This document shows, piece by piece, positions 56,073-64,000 of a stretch of DNA of 64,000 nucleotides. The position numbers and the translations under genes are program-made. Source of the DNA: a virus. The stretch lies in IMG/VR virus record IMGVR_UViG_3300046787_000675, positions 64,001 to 128,000 of that record. One strand, 5' to 3'. The stretch's first letter is position 1, and each line of letters opens with the position of its first letter. Below the pieces are notes generated by a model. The model made no database searches and was not told the DNA's origin. It saw nothing but the letters and a program-made list of their open reading frames with translations.

Positions 56073-57574
56073 TATAACAACTCTCCGTTAAGTTTTACAC
56101 CTTTCCATAAAGTACTGTATATTGGGTGATTCTCAAAGGTAACATCATCATTCTTGTTATCTTGCTCGTTTCGTAACGCACTTATATCTATGCCTGTGGT
56201 TAATGAACCGTTTTGCTGGGTCATATCCGCAGTTATTACTACCTTTGTAGCCATACCATATAATGTGTCTCCTATAAATGATACTGACTCGGCATCAGTA
56301 TTCTTAAACTTTATATTTGTACCCGGCATTATATCTGTTCTAAATGAAGTACTTATTTGTCCGGCGCGTTTTCGCAATTTAAGAAATGAGTACATTACTT
56401 TTGTAACTTCTTGACCTACAGATGTTATATAATCCTCTATTGATTTACCACCTGTAGCTACATCTTTTTTGTTAACTGCTCCTTTATTATCTTTATCAAC
56501 TTTTCCAGAACGTGAGCTATACATCACACTGGCGTGAGGGTATACCCATTCAGGTAAAGAACGGAAATGATAATATTTACCTTTTTCCCCTCTTAGATTT
56601 TCTCCGCCTTGACCTTCTAATGGGGGGAACGCGATGCGGATGCTATCAGTATTTACTGAAGGTGCTAAAGGAGCCCTGCAGATCACACCGTCAACCGGTT
56701 CCTTAGTTGCTCGCCCACTAGAATTCAACAACCATAGATTGTAATCGTTAGGAGTTAATTCAATAGCATGTTGTCTTCCTAATGCTAAAGTGTTGGCTAT
56801 GTATATGCCGTTATTATAGGGTACTAAACTTAGAAACATGTATTCTGCGACTTTCCTTAGTGCTTCCCAGTTATTGGTTACCGACCATGCCTCTCTGTAT
56901 TTCCGGGCTATGGATGTAATCAAGGTATCTGACCCTATAGACAATTTACTGATGTCAGCACCTTCGTATAGTTTTATAAAATCAAGATATTTAATAATTG
57001 CAGGATCGCCGGCAACAGACGCAGCATTAGACGCCGCCTCTTTTATAACCGCTGGGATAAAAGAACCGGAAATACCTTTTGAATCTAAAATAAACATAAA
57101 ATCAGAATATGATTCTATATTGACATTTGCATTATCTGCTACTGTTCCTGTCTGGACAAATAGAGCGACTATATTTTCTCTAACACTTATGAAATCGTTA
57201 TCTCCCACATATGCCATAGAAGTAGCTGGACTACCTGCAAGTCTTCGGAGTTTATGTTCTATTTGCACCTCTAACGATGTTATACTTTTAAAAGGTGTAG
57301 TGCTATCAGCACCGGATATTCCTGTAATGAATCCGTCAAGAAGTAAATGGTCATCATCATTGACAACTAAATGCAGTTCGCACGCCCCTCCTTCTATCAG
57401 GTTTTTAATAGGCGTAATAGTTTTGAGGTCATCCAGAGACGTGCCTGTGGCCAACATAATATCTGCTCTCGGTAGCTCGTCTAATTCGTAGGTAACTTGT
57501 AGACGGGCAATAGGGAACTTCTCATTGTTCGTCAATAGATAGGCGTCACCTACATCTATGTACGTAATATCCAT
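56072..57574 (-). CDS. Baseplate hub protein (gp27/gpD-like)
   Basis: LLDGFITG; FRTDIMPGTNIKF..G...KV; gene position. Confidence 0.6.
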   Translation of the reverse strand: MDITYIDVGDAYLLTNNEKFPIARLQVTYELDELPRADIMLATGTSLDDLKTITPIKNLIEGGACELHLVVNDDDHLLLDGFITGISGADSTTPFKSITSLEVQIEHKLRRLAGSPATSMAYVGDNDFISVRENIVALFVQTGTVADNANVNIESYSDFMFILDSKGISGSFIPAVIKEAASNAASVAGDPAIIKYLDFIKLYEGADISKLSIGSDTLITSIARKYREAWSVTNNWEALRKVAEYMFLSLVPYNNGIYIANTLALGRQHAIELTPNDYNLWLLNSSGRATKEPVDGVICRAPLAPSVNTDSIRIAFPPLEGQGGENLRGEKGKYYHFRSLPEWVYPHASVMYSSRSGKVDKDNKGAVNKKDVATGGKSIEDYITSVGQEVTKVMYSFLKLRKRAGQISTSFRTDIMPGTNIKFKNTDAESVSFIGDTLYGMATKVVITADMTQQNGSLTTGIDISALRNEQDNKNDDVTFENHPIYSTLWKGVKLNGELL

Positions 57575-58279
57575 TTATTTACATGTCTCCAGTATATCCA
57601 TTATGTATGCTGCTAATTGATCTACCCAATTAGGTTCGTCTCTATAAATAGATTCTAGGTATTTATCTTTAAAGGTATATTCTGTTTTTTTAACATTATT
57701 AAATATGGTCTCCCAATTAACGGTCATTGTATTTATTATTTCCATACCTATAGAGAAAGATGAAGGTATACCCGACCGCAACCTAAACCAGAGTTTATTA
57801 TCTACTATATATAATTTATTAGACTGTCCGTTTGTGAATGTTATGGCTTGTACTTCCGACGTTAAACCTTTGTTATCCGAATAAGGAGTATAGGTTAATG
57901 TATCTCCTCCTGTAACATCTGCAGATATTCTAAGACGAGATATATCGATACCCCCATCATTATAAAGCTGGATAGGGACAACACTATTGTATTTGAATCC
58001 CGGGGAAGGAAAAAGTAATGCTGACCTTGTGTAGCTCTGAACCTCTTCAAATGCCAATAGTCGATCTCTAAGAGCAGATCTAAGAACTAGTTTTATAGTC
58101 TCTTCAATATAAAAAGATCTATACATATCGTCTCTACCTACTTCTCTAGGGATAAGTGTATCTATTTGTTTTTTGCACGCTCCCTTATAAATAAACGGCG
58201 AAAACCTCCGAGCATATCTCTCGTCTGTTATTTTCTCCCCTTTAGCTAATATACCCCACGCTCTATTAATTTCTGCCAT
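57575..58279 (-). CDS. Hypothetical tail/baseplate protein
   Basis: Lies between the hub and tape-measure genes. Confidence 0.65.
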   Translation of the reverse strand: MAEINRAWGILAKGEKITDERYARRFSPFIYKGACKKQIDTLIPREVGRDDMYRSFYIEETIKLVLRSALRDRLLAFEEVQSYTRSALLFPSPGFKYNSVVPIQLYNDGGIDISRLRISADVTGGDTLTYTPYSDNKGLTSEVQAITFTNGQSNKLYIVDNKLWFRLRSGIPSSFSIGMEIINTMTVNWETIFNNVKKTEYTFKDKYLESIYRDEPNWVDQLAAYIMDILETCK

Positions 58280-58721
58280 TGTTAAATTCCTGTATACGAC
58301 CTATAAAATCTATTTTAAACGTATTACCTTCTACATTATCTTTACTATAATTACCTATATCCATGCTTGTTGCCCAACCAGATAAAACAATTTTGTTAAA
58401 TGACATTTGTATAGGTGTTCGTTTATTTGTTATTTTTATTGCGCGATAGAACGCCATAAAAGGAGGGATCTCGGAGTCACTATTTTCACATGCACTTGTT
58501 ATATTTATACCTTCCAACGTAAATACCCCTAATCTATCGTTAAATACATTGATAAATGCGCGAGACCCTAAGCTATATAGTATTTGGAAGTTAGGAGACA
58601 GATTACCTTTTATATCTGTTATCCATGTATTCGCCCCGTTCAGCTCGTTAATAACTAGTCGGACAGGGGAAGATGCACTAATCTCTCCTATCTCTGTCGA
58701 GGAAAAATAATCGTTCTTCAT
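58266..58721 (-). CDS. Tail-tube-initiator-like protein
   Basis: 151 aa beta-rich (NFQILYSLG..FINVFNDR..FTLEG), directly after the tape measure. Confidence 0.55.
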   Translation of the reverse strand: MKNDYFSSTEIGEISASSPVRLVINELNGANTWITDIKGNLSPNFQILYSLGSRAFINVFNDRLGVFTLEGINITSACENSDSEIPPFMAFYRAIKITNKRTPIQMSFNKIVLSGWATSMDIGNYSKDNVEGNTFKIDFIGRIQEFNNGRN

Positions 58722-61150
58722 GGTCTATTCCCTAATTTATATTTCATTAAACTTAGTATTTCATCTAGGGCATCGGCCATTCTATTAGATGCCCCACCTC
58801 CGTTTTTTTCTCGCATATTTGCCTCTTTTTTCTGGAAGCCTTCGAACTCGTCCCGTGACATTTTTTCAGTCTTCCAAAACTCTGTAGCGGCTTCTTCTAA
58901 ATCCATTGTATTATTGCGGAGGTAATCTGCCCTGGCTTTAGCTACATTTCTTATCCTATTAGCTTTCTCTCTTTCTGCAGCATATTCAGGACCTTCTTTT
59001 TCATCGCCTTCAATAGATACGAAGTCTTGTATATCTGCTGTTCGTTCTAAACTAAGTATAGTTTTAGCTCTTTTTTCTAGATCGACATCTTCTACTTTAG
59101 TATCTTTAAATGATCCTTGCTTTAATTCATTTATAACTTTTTCTCTTTTTATACGTCCATACTCTTCCGGACTAACTTCTTCTAAGAAAGACTCGATGTT
59201 CTCTAATCGTTTAGCCGGATCTTTTTCACGTATAATTTTATTTGCCTTTACAGCTTGCTCTTCTGTTAACTGTCCTGTTATAAGACCGGAATAGGCTCGA
59301 TAAAGACCTTCCTGTAACATTGCAGGGTCAGCACCGTCAAGGGTAGCAACCTGCTCTACGTCCGCAGCTAATGCAGACATATCTACATCGACATCCCCCA
59401 GAATAGTTTTTATAAAGCTCCCAACACTGTCAGTAGATTTAGGATCTGTTAAAGCTTTACTTAGTGCGCGTAACCCACCAATAGCTCCTTTACCACTTGT
59501 AATATCACTTAAAGCTACACGGAACTCAGCTTGACCCATTAATCGAGATTTTTCTGCTGTTGCATTATAGGATTTTATTATTCTATCTGCGTCGCGTGTT
59601 CCTGTTCCAAGTCCCATTGCCTGCGCACTTTTATTATCATTTCCTATGAACTTCCCTATCGTTTCTTCTATTTCTATATTTGAATAATTTTTTTCTTGTA
59701 AGGCAGAACGTATTGAATCAACTGTTATAGCTCCTTCAATAGAATCTACAATAGAAGTGTCCTTACCTCTGTTTTGTAAAATATCTTTTAAATTTTGTCT
59801 CCTGGATTTATCGAAACTATCGAGAGTAGCACCTAAGGCTATATCTGTAGCTGCGCCGGAAGATCTAAAACGCATAGCTGTATTTGTATTAGATAGATTT
59901 TGTATAGTTGCTGTAGAGATATCTTCGTTTCCTGTTTTTGCTCTAAGTTCGCGAACTATCTCGTCGTTAGTTAAATTTACACCTCTACCATTAAGGGATT
60001 TAACAAATTCATTAGCCTCTTCGTCTGTTTTACCCGAAGCGATAAGATAAGCATATGCGCCGGATATGTTTCGAGCTAAGACACTTTGTTGTGCTTTTGT
60101 AACCTGTGTTGTTATTGCGTTACGTGTTGCTACTTCATTAGAGAATTTATCATCGCCGCCGGCAATCCGCATAGTTCCTAAAAGTAATGCTGTATCCTGC
60201 GCATTACTAAATGCCCCGAACGAGTCTGTACCTATTTGATTAGATATTTGAGCAGACATATTAGATAAGGCGACTAACTGTCTATTTGTATGTCCTGTTG
60301 CGAATCCGGTACCGGCTAATTTTCTTAATATGTCGGAAGACAAATCACCCATAGAAGATTGATAATTGGTGCCAGTTAATGCATTGGCTTGGTCTATAAG
60401 ATCCATGACATCGCCGTCAAAAAACTCTTGTAGTGATTTTATTGTTTTTGCCATTCCGCGAGTTGCCTGCTTTGCTTGTTCAATATCACCCGTGTATTGT
60501 CCTGTACGGGATAGTTCTGCAGTTATTTGACCGACTTCTTTACCGGTGAAGCCTTCGTACTCTTCCATGTTAGTAAAGTAATCACTTACTATAGTTGACC
60601 CTATTGTCTTGGCTCGTTCATTTAAACGTGTTTGTAATATGGTCTCTTCTTCCCCTAAACCAATAGCAGGGGCTGCGCCGAGATATCTGGATGCTTCCTC
60701 TATACCTTGCAATAGCTCCAGGGGCTTGTGTGTATTGAATTGCATCTTGCTAAGAAAATTAGTTATCCCGAAACCAGAAGAGGCACTTGCTGCCTCTTCA
60801 GGACTTAAACCGAATATATTCGTATGAATTCGTGCATTTTGAATCCGTAGCTGTTCATCCATAACAGACCTAGATCCAGACATTAAATTATCCATGAATG
60901 TTGTATTCATAGAATGATAGGCGTGTATACCTGGGTTTATACCAAAATTTCTACCGTTAAGATAATAAGGTGCACCGGCCAAAGAGAAACCGCCCATTCC
61001 TTCTACTCTCCCGCGTAATAGGTTTGTAGCTATCGGCTGTAATAAATTAGTTAGTTGCTGAGTTAATGCTGGATCGCCTACAACATTCGATAATACCTGT
61101 TGTAATAACGGCCCTAGATTATCTACACTTGGTTGTTGGTATGACGACAT
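58718..61150 (-). CDS. Tape measure protein
   Basis: 810 aa, helical and Ala/Gly-rich; follows the frameshifted chaperone pair. Confidence 0.7.
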   Translation of the reverse strand: MSSYQQPSVDNLGPLLQQVLSNVVGDPALTQQLTNLLQPIATNLLRGRVEGMGGFSLAGAPYYLNGRNFGINPGIHAYHSMNTTFMDNLMSGSRSVMDEQLRIQNARIHTNIFGLSPEEAASASSGFGITNFLSKMQFNTHKPLELLQGIEEASRYLGAAPAIGLGEEETILQTRLNERAKTIGSTIVSDYFTNMEEYEGFTGKEVGQITAELSRTGQYTGDIEQAKQATRGMAKTIKSLQEFFDGDVMDLIDQANALTGTNYQSSMGDLSSDILRKLAGTGFATGHTNRQLVALSNMSAQISNQIGTDSFGAFSNAQDTALLLGTMRIAGGDDKFSNEVATRNAITTQVTKAQQSVLARNISGAYAYLIASGKTDEEANEFVKSLNGRGVNLTNDEIVRELRAKTGNEDISTATIQNLSNTNTAMRFRSSGAATDIALGATLDSFDKSRRQNLKDILQNRGKDTSIVDSIEGAITVDSIRSALQEKNYSNIEIEETIGKFIGNDNKSAQAMGLGTGTRDADRIIKSYNATAEKSRLMGQAEFRVALSDITSGKGAIGGLRALSKALTDPKSTDSVGSFIKTILGDVDVDMSALAADVEQVATLDGADPAMLQEGLYRAYSGLITGQLTEEQAVKANKIIREKDPAKRLENIESFLEEVSPEEYGRIKREKVINELKQGSFKDTKVEDVDLEKRAKTILSLERTADIQDFVSIEGDEKEGPEYAAEREKANRIRNVAKARADYLRNNTMDLEEAATEFWKTEKMSRDEFEGFQKKEANMREKNGGGASNRMADALDEILSLMKYKLGNRP

Positions 61151-61548
61151 TATTTGTTACCTTTCTTTTTTTCTTTCTGTTCGCGATACAATGTCATTAT
61201 TCTGCTATAATACTCTTGAACTTTTACAGGGTCACTAGTATCTAATTCAGTATTAAACTTACCTTGTACTTTTTTAAGTTTTTTATAATCTAACCAAGGT
61301 AACTCCTCTAATGTATATCCTTTATTTATTTTATCCCATAGATTTAATCTTTTTTGATGGGAGATATTAAACATCGACACACTATCCAACTGAAGTCGCA
61401 TATAATTAGAAAATATCTGACGTTCGATATCATCTATAACAAGAGACTCTCTAATTATGGATTTTTTATATTTTTTTGAAACGGTACTGAAGTCTAAGGC
61501 TTTAGTAGTGTGTGCTCTTATCGCCAGACGAGTCCAGCGTTCTGATAA
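61150..61548 (-). CDS. -1 frame extension of the tail assembly chaperone (gpGT-like)
   Basis: The frame of track ORF 61150..61401 stays open back through the slippery site at 61554-61548. Confidence 0.75.
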   Translation of the reverse strand, partial: LSERWTRLAIRAHTTKALDFSTVSKKYKKSIIRESLVIDDIERQIFSNYMRLQLDSVSMFNISHQKRLNLWDKINKGYTLEELPWLDYKKLKKVQGKFNTELDTSDPVKVQEYYSRIMTLYREQKEKKKGNK

Positions 61549-62162
61549 AAATTTTCGTCGAAGGCACCCTCCGACGCTGCCGCTATAATTGAATGGAATG
61601 TTATAAGAGCCTTAAATACCAGTACCTGTCTTGTTTCGGTTACTCCTCCAAATCTTTTAGCGAATTCAGAGGTAGCTTCTTCCCAGGTAGGGAATTCCTT
61701 TATAGCAGGTAAATTATATGTTTTTTTATCTTGATCCACTTTTATAGCTGTAACACTGTAGAGGGCTTGTATCTTCCGGGAGATAGTCATCGATTCTACA
61801 TAATTACGCTCTTTTACAGTATAGATAAGGCGCATAACTTCTTCTGTTATGGTATCTGTCTGTTCGCGGAAGCTTACTACGAAATTACCGTTAAACAGGG
61901 AAATATCTTTTTCGTATGGTTTATTTGCCAAAATACATCTTAAATATTCTTTCTGTTCCGGTTCGACTAATTTCGGGGTAGGATTTCTAATATCCCATTG
62001 GCATCTCGGACAGGTGTGTTGCGCCTTTTCCTGAAGGAGTTTAATAGTATCATCCTGTTCTGTCTCAGAACTAGTTTGTTGTTTAACTGGGGTCGGGTCA
62101 ACTGGTTTAGTTTTTTCGTCGGCAGCAGGGGGTAAAGACCACCCTTTATGTTCTGTACTCAT
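61518..62162 (-). CDS. Tail assembly chaperone (gpG-like) with CxxC
   Basis: CPRC; ends ENFY.. with a slippery heptamer; upstream of the tape measure. Confidence 0.75.
   Translation of the reverse strand: MSTEHKGWSLPPAADEKTKPVDPTPVKQQTSSETEQDDTIKLLQEKAQHTCPRCQWDIRNPTPKLVEPEQKEYLRCILANKPYEKDISLFNGNFVVSFREQTDTITEEVMRLIYTVKERNYVESMTISRKIQALYSVTAIKVDQDKKTYNLPAIKEFPTWEEATSEFAKRFGGVTETRQVLVFKALITFHSIIAAASEGAFDENFYQNAGLVWR
61548..61554 (-). other. Programmed -1 ribosomal frameshift heptamer A AAU UUU
   Basis: X XXY YYZ in the zero frame (GAA AAT TTT TAT), 9 sense codons before the stop. Confidence 0.75.
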
Positions 62163-62174
62163 GGTTCTGTTCCT

Positions 62175-64000
62175 TTAACTATTTGTAATGTATTGGTCGA
62201 ACGACTTACTATCCCCTAATCCAGTTCCATCGGCATCTAACGAACGGATTATAGGTGTTTTATCTGCGAATACTTCTGTTCCGGGATAAGCGTAAGTTTT
62301 GCCTAAAATACCGTGCTCTACAGCATTTTCAACCCATGTTTTACCACTGTCTTTAACCATTCTCTGCCAGGCAAGCTCAGTAAAATAAATTTTAGAAACG
62401 TCAATATTATACATGGTTGAAGACGAATCCGGGAAACAAAAATCAGTATAGTTATGAGCTTTATCTGTAAACATCCCTTCTTTAACCGCTTTCTTAAATA
62501 CCGCGGTAATGGCACTTGCAGCTTTTGTTATATTTTCTTTTGTTTTAGTTATTGTAGGTTTTTGTACAACTACATTTATGCGCTGACTAGTTGCGATAGG
62601 ATTAGGGTTACACCCTTGATTAGCCTGTACAGCTTTTTCTGAAAGTATTGACTCTTTACTTGCGATTACACCTGTAGTTTTTATGGATCCGTTTACCTCT
62701 ACAGAAGGTACACTTGCGGGAATACTTATAGAGATATTCTCTGTTACTCCGGATGAATTCAAACTAGGTCTTTTTATATTTGATTCCCCTTTTTCTATTC
62801 CTATTATAGGCGCGGTAAACTGTACTTTTGCTTCTCCTAGTAACATCGCGGTATCTGCACTGGTAAATAAACCGGTAGCTGTACGATAATTACCAAAAGC
62901 ACCTATGCCGGTATGCAATATGTTTAGGTCAGTTGCCAGCATTAATAAATTTGCTTTACCTGCATCTATAGTTATTTCACATTCATTACTTTCTCTCTCT
63001 GTACCTAAACCGTTATCCGAATTAGAGGTCGAATGGCCAGAGATAGAAAAACGCTTCGCGAGATTAACTATACTGGCATCTTTTGCCTTTATATAAATAC
63101 CTGATCCTTTTGTATTACCATTTTTTAAATCTTTTTCAGAGGCATCGTTTATAGTGTTTTTATCTGCTTTGTTCTCTATAACCATGGCACCTTTACCGCT
63201 ATTACCGGACAGTAAATTCATAAAGGTATCTGCTTTGATATTTACTCCACCTTTATTCGCGACGAATTCTATATTCTCCCCTACTTTGTGGATCTCGTTA
63301 CGCGGGATAATAGATATTAAATCTCTACCTGCCTGGAACTTTATGTCCAGCGGTGCCGAGAATATTAATGTCCCTTTATCCATGTTTATACCTGCTCCGA
63401 AACCATCACCGATATGTAGACCTCCGTCGTCTTGCATAATAAAGGACGAGGAGTTTTTAAATAGACGAACAAACCTACCGGACTCTACTTCGATAGGATC
63501 TGTTAACAAGTCAGGTAATTTATCGAGTGAGTATTCCGGTTCTGTTCTGTCCAGAGGGGGAAGAGACATATCCTGAGTAGAAGCTATTTCTTTTTCTCCT
63601 TTAGGCGGAATTACCCATATGCTTCCTTCCTGACGGAGTCCAGACCAGAAATACTTCTCCTCTTCAAATGTTTTTATCTTATCTTTTAATAGGGATTGAA
63701 CAGCATAATATTCTTCGACAGAAGCTAAACCTAACTCTTTTACTTTAGCTTCTACATCCGTCATGCCTTTGTAAGGGTCTTCTTCCGGTTCCGTATCCTC
63801 AGGATATAATGACCCGGTATCTGCTGTTTGCTGCGGAACGCGTATAGCCCCTGTTTTATACAAGGCTATCTCTTTAGCTGCTTCTATGCGATATATGCCG
63901 TCCCCTTTATTAAGAACACGTGTCAGCCCTAGTAGTTCATCGTCATAGGTATAAATCTTTTTGTCGCTTTTCTTAGGGGTCTGTGTAAATGTCATTTCCC
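62175..64000 (-). CDS. gp5/VgrG-like baseplate spike protein, probably 5'-truncated by the window
   Basis: SSFIMQDDGGLHIGDGFGAGINMDKGTLIFSAPLDIKFQAGRD beta-helix-like repeats; frame open to the window edge. Confidence 0.6.
   Translation of the reverse strand, partial: EMTFTQTPKKSDKKIYTYDDELLGLTRVLNKGDGIYRIEAAKEIALYKTGAIRVPQQTADTGSLYPEDTEPEEDPYKGMTDVEAKVKELGLASVEEYYAVQSLLKDKIKTFEEEKYFWSGLRQEGSIWVIPPKGEKEIASTQDMSLPPLDRTEPEYSLDKLPDLLTDPIEVESGRFVRLFKNSSSFIMQDDGGLHIGDGFGAGINMDKGTLIFSAPLDIKFQAGRDLISIIPRNEIHKVGENIEFVANKGGVNIKADTFMNLLSGNSGKGAMVIENKADKNTINDASEKDLKNGNTKGSGIYIKAKDASIVNLAKRFSISGHSTSNSDNGLGTERESNECEITIDAGKANLLMLATDLNILHTGIGAFGNYRTATGLFTSADTAMLLGEAKVQFTAPIIGIEKGESNIKRPSLNSSGVTENISISIPASVPSVEVNGSIKTTGVIASKESILSEKAVQANQGCNPNPIATSQRINVVVQKPTITKTKENITKAASAITAVFKKAVKEGMFTDKAHNYTDFCFPDSSSTMYNIDVSKIYFTELAWQRMVKDSGKTWVENAVEHGILGKTYAYPGTEVFADKTPIIRSLDADGTGLGDSKSFDQYITNS

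Noticed and set aside
1976-63576. Plus-strand track ORFs other than 33759 and 34044 (e.g. 4211..4750, 56838..57491)
   Set aside because: Antisense shadows of well-supported minus-strand genes, with no recognisable motifs.
1-64000. Stop-codon reassignment
   Set aside because: Coding density is high with code 11, and TAG (11959, 13900) and TGA (33374) end genes cleanly.
1-64000. tRNA genes, inteins and introns in replication genes
   Set aside because: Gaps are short with no cloverleaf seen; polymerase, helicases and RecA-like genes are of normal length and lack intein motifs.

Overview
A 64-kb AT-rich segment of a large contractile-tailed (myovirus-like) bacteriophage. Almost all genes are on the minus strand; one two-gene plus-strand unit sits at 33.8-34.6 kb behind a divergent promoter region. 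1-15 kb is an early/accessory region: small ORFs, a TnpB-only IS607-like element with its omegaRNA, a DEDDh exonuclease, a UvrD-like helicase, RdgC-like, YopX, a thymidylate-synthase-fold protein lacking its catalytic residues, a GP88-like Cys-cluster protein and an HTH initiator-like gene with internal iteron-like repeats. 15-33 kb is a replication/recombination module: RuvC-like, RecA-like, putative SSB, family A DNA polymerase, primase, DnaB-like and SF2 helicases, SbcCD. 34.6-64 kb is a late region: a KxA-rich probable head protein, Cys-rich/LamG fibre or adhesin genes, a paralogous fibre-base family, baseplate wedge/hub genes, a phage sigma factor, the tape measure, a tail chaperone with a -1 frameshift site, and a partial spike-like gene. 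I recognised no capsid, portal, terminase, tRNA, CRISPR array or reverse transcriptase. The most novel-looking observation is a possible split-domain 'scaffoldin': one protein carries six orphan first strands (YxYxEC) of a 4-Cys repeat module, four of them exactly 29 aa apart. Three neighbouring adhesin-like proteins begin with the same module missing exactly that strand. All assignments come from motif recognition by eye; no database searches were run.
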